Shown here in pieces: positions 61,781 to 64,000 of a stretch of 64,000 nt of DNA. Under the pieces are notes generated by a model. It saw nothing but the letters and a program-made list of their open reading frames with translations. It was not told the origin of the DNA and ran no database searches. Where the stretch lies: positions 2,654,204 to 2,718,203 of the forward strand of contig NW_019091362.1 in assembly GCF_001949145.1 (NCBI RefSeq), read 5' to 3'. Every line of letters starts with the position of its first letter. The stretch's first letter is position 1. The DNA comes from Acanthaster planci. Taxonomy: Eukaryota. A program made the position numbers and the translations under genes.

Positions 61781-64000
61781 ATGTTATTATTTTTATTATG
61801 ATTATTATGACATATAAAGACACACAGCACCAAATCCTGGGTGACAATGGCCTGCTATCAGAAATTTTGGAAGTTACTTGCTGTGTTGGCACATTCTAGG
61901 CTGATTATTGAGAAAATTAATTATTGATCAAAGCATGTGTGAGTCTAACTGCAATTAACTTCAGAGCAATTGTGGCACCAAACCAATCTTGGCAATTTTT
62001 CTTTTTTCTTATAAAGATAGGAACCAGTTAAAGACAAAAGAAAAAAACAAACAGTCAAATTCTGACTGATAAAAGGATTGTGCTTGCTGAAGATTATGTA
62101 AATTAGTATGCGGAGGCCCAGTGACTTGATTCAACTAGTTGTTCACGCCAGGGTCTGACCACATTTCTGAACAGTGGAATGGTCACAGGAATGTTCCACT
62201 GGACTTTGAAAGTTCAGGAATTTCATCCCTCGTTGGATTCTGAGCTTTGGACCACTGGGGTGTGGGTGAGGCCCAAGACAGAAAGTCCGCACTGGACCTT
62301 CTGTCTTGGGAAAAGTGTCTCAGGAATTCTTCCTGGCCAGAAGTTGGCTGGTAAAAATTCCCGCGCAGCTTGGGAAAAGTCTGTACTGGACTTAAAATGG
62401 GCAAAGTACCCATCGTCTGGGTAAGTTTGCCCAAAAAAAGTCCTGTGCGAACAGGGCTTTTTATAAAATGAAGTACATGTAAGTTGAACAAACTGTTGAA
62501 CAAAATCATTGGTAATTTGAAGGTTTTAAAACTTGTTTTGAAAAAGTTGACGCAGCCAGCCGAAAACATGAGGAATTTCTCATTTCTACACCAACTTTAT
62601 TTTTCTCTAGTTGAGATTATGAATCCTGTTGTACTTTATGACAGTCACAAATGGAAAAACCTTCTGGATGGCAACTCTGCTGGCACAGATAATTTTGTTC
62701 TCATTGGTGAGCATCTGGAATTCTGATATAAGCCACAACCTTCATCCACCACATCTCCAGGCTTCATGGAACTAACCATAAGAATTAGAATAATTGCAAG
62801 TAAACAGCTACTGAAGAGGGTAAATTTGGATGCAACTATTTCAAAAAAACAGCTGGCTAACTCTTCAAGAATTTTAAGTGGTTTCTAGACAGACAACGGA
62901 TACATGAGTGTGCCGTTACCCGTAGCACGCAAGTCCATGTTATTGAGATGCAGCGGTATTTCATCTGGCCATACCGACTGCAATGAAAACAAAGTGGGAG
63001 ATAACGTTAAGGGATTAATCTTAAAATAGCTGCAAAAAAATTCAGATAACAAACTACGACCCCCTTATGAATACCCTGTCATTCCTTTTTCAGATATGGT
63101 CAGAGGTTTTTTTTGAGCAAACTTCCTTGATAATCCAGAGTATTTTCCACCCATCGCTAATGGACTTAATCATCTTGCCGCTCTTAGCTTGATGAATGGC
63201 AGAATTCCTTGGAGGAGTACGTGTATGTCAAGGAACTTTCCCAGGCTGGAAATGGCGTGTTAATTAGTCAGTCCCCCACAATAACGGTGAACTAAATGGC
63301 CAATGTCTTATGCAGTTTGAGGATATCGAAGGCTGAGAAGTAGAGGTGACACCTGGGGGCTGATCTACGGTAGTCACAGATTTCATTCATTTCCAAGAAT
63401 TTAATCCATAGCAGAAAAATGCTACTGTACACGTCAATTAAATTTAACATGAGAATAAATACATGTATGTGCTTGCATGGCCAGTCTTAAACATGCATTT
63501 AAGACTGGCTCAGGAGAATGGGCGCAACTGATGCCTGAACTGCAGGAGAGGGTTATTATCAGCGGTCATCCTCCTGAGCCCGTCGTATACATTAGACCAA
63601 GCACATATTTATTCCAACTTATACATGTGTAGCGGTACATTTTAGTCAGAGAATCAAAAGAAGTAAATATACGATAAATTTCCACAAATTTTACTTTCAT
63701 TTTTCCAAACATCCTCATTGGTATACTCCTCGTGCAAGTAGTCCAGAAGAATCTCCTTATATAGACTTGGTGTGCTCATGGCAAGTTCTGCACTGCATGG
63801 CCCACACAGGCTCTTGATCAAAAGGAATGGTTTAACTGTCTCCAATCCATGTGCCAGCACGTTTTTACACAGTGCGCTCTATTAAATTGCAGCAGGGTTA
63901 TCAAATGTTAGTACACGGTCATGTTGCATGTTGTTGAACAGGAAAACTACAAGTATCTAAGGTATTTATGAACATTCAGAAAGCATCAGCTTTAAAAACA

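Overview
This window is eukaryotic (animal) genomic DNA, about 40% GC by eye, CpG-poor, with two assembly gaps (7833-8278 and 42082-42244). Gene content and repeat style suggest a marine invertebrate deuterostome such as a sea star (inference only). It holds two convergent spliced genes. (1) On +, the last 9 coding exons (234-6320) of an adhesion GPCR: GPS motif, Stachel peptide, 7TM and C-tail, most similar to ADGRD1/GPR133. (2) On -, a complete 9-coding-exon SLC1A2/EAAT2-like glutamate transporter (ATG 22323, stop 13047; 1701 nt, 566 aa). Its first coding exon starts at a splice acceptor, so its promoter lies somewhere in or beyond the 41 kb non-coding stretch 22.5-64 kb. The non-coding DNA carries a decayed CR1/L2-group LINE, SINEs, TTAA-flanked piggyBac-like elements, several MITE-like inverted-repeat elements and a minisatellite that arose inside a transposon. 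The main oddities are: about 40 copies of TACATGTA plus TACCGGTA and TAGGCCTA (possible Tc1/mariner excision footprints), a Met-rich transporter loop with tandemly duplicated glycosylation sequons, and a palindromic element with decayed hammerhead-ribozyme-like cores. No prokaryotic system, CRISPR array, rRNA or tRNA gene is supported.
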